From Candidatus Colwellbacteria bacterium RIFCSPLOWO2_12_FULL_43_11 (GTDB lineage Bacteria; Patescibacteriota; Minisyncoccia; UBA6257; Colwellbacteraceae), in assembly GCA_001817805.1 (NCBI GenBank), contig MHJB01000011.1:1-27011 (forward strand): DNA of 27,011 nucleotides, in the 5' to 3' direction. Below are positions 26,716-27,011 of this stretch, in pieces (the stretch's first letter is position 1; every line of letters starts with the position of its first letter). The notes under the pieces were generated by a model, which had not been told where the DNA came from, searched no databases, and saw only the letters and a list, made by a program, of their open reading frames with translations. Both the position numbers and the translations under genes were made by a program.

Positions 26716-26753
26716 TCCCGCAGTCCTGCCTGCCGGTAGGCAGGACTGCGGGA
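26716..26753. repeat. 38-nt near-perfect palindrome containing the second CCTGCC...GGCAGG element
   Basis: TCCCGCAGT-CCTGCCTGCCGGTAGGCAGG-ACTGCGGGA. Confidence 0.88.
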
Positions 26754-26763
26754 AGGCCGGAAG

Positions 26764-26837
26764 CTTGTCCCGCTGTAGTCCTGAGCCCCTCGGTCCTGAG
26801 CTCGGGGTCGAAGGACTTGTCGAAGGACGAAGGAGGA
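26764..26837. repeat. nested GTCCTGAGC...GTCGAAGGAC mini-repeats
   Basis: GTCCTGAGC occurs twice and GTCGAAGGAC occurs twice in a left-left-right-right arrangement. Confidence 0.8.
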
Positions 26838-26910
26838 TTCGATCCTTCAGAGGGCGCACAAAAATAAATAATATTGAAGTTGTGATATTATTAAGTTAAC
26901 TTCATCATTA

Positions 26911-27011
26911 ATGACAATACAGAAGATTTACATTGGCGGCTGGTTCCAACGAACTACACTTCACTTAACTGAAACTTGGGATTTCTTGAAACACGGAAAG
27001 TCTAATTTAGA
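26911..27011 (+). CDS. hypothetical protein, 5' part only
   Basis: MTIQKIYIGGWFQRTTLHLTETWDFLKHGKSNL..., open to the window end; upstream TG-A-TATTAT extended -10 candidate. Confidence 0.6.
   Translation, partial: MTIQKIYIGGWFQRTTLHLTETWDFLKHGKSNL

Larger units (their letters stand above)
26584..26858 (+). pseudogene. interrupted tRNA-like shell enclosing tRNA-Val and two palindromic inserts
   Basis: GCGCCTT TA GCTC AGT [26600-26705] TGGTA GAGC G TCCCG [26721-26748] CGGGA AGGCC GGAAG [26764-26837] TTCGATC CTTCAG AGGGCGC A. Acceptor, D and anticodon stems pair; the T-arm is irregular. Confidence 0.7.

Noticed and set aside
26764-26837. Possible mini CRISPR array
   Set aside because: Repeat halves are 9-10 nt, nested rather than regularly spaced, with no unique spacers and no cas genes.
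26639-26899. ORFs 26639-26899 (+) and 26656-26859 (-)
   Set aside because: They read through tRNA-Val and palindromic repeats (LPAGRQ, PELGVEG, LVEG are repeat translations); stop-free frames are expected in GC-rich palindromes.

Overview
Housekeeping region of a small-genome bacterium, most likely Patescibacteria/CPR (Parcubacteria-like). This is inferred from shortened PheT, ThrS and EF-Ts, no Shine-Dalgarno motifs, a broken secE-nusG-rplK-(rplA)-rplJL cluster and GC-rich palindromic mini-repeats; the code is standard table 11. Gene order: partial M16 peptidase and tRNA-Met (minus), pheS-pheT, gyrB-secE-nusG-rplK-tmk-gatB, a small hypothetical gene, dnaE-thrS-miaA (minus), rnhB, rpmF-nusB-rnc-smc, an orphan ORF (minus), an SH3 + L,D-transpeptidase, rpsP-khpA-trmD, rpsB-tsf, a membrane protein, tRNA-Tyr/Thr/Thr, rpmG-pcm, L10 leader-rplJ-rplL, tRNA-Val and a partial CDS. 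No integrase, transposase or CRISPR array was seen. The most unusual item is at 26584-26858: an intact tRNA-Val(CAC) sits inside the D-loop of a second tRNA-shaped shell whose anticodon loop and T-arm are interrupted by palindromic repeats. One of these repeats also occurs as an in-frame insertion in trmD. Other highlights are a 705-aa SMC with intact heads but no recognisable hinge, an initiator-type tRNA lacking the canonical three G-C anticodon-stem pairs, absence of rplA from its usual position, and a ~100-nt hairpin leader on the L,D-transpeptidase gene.
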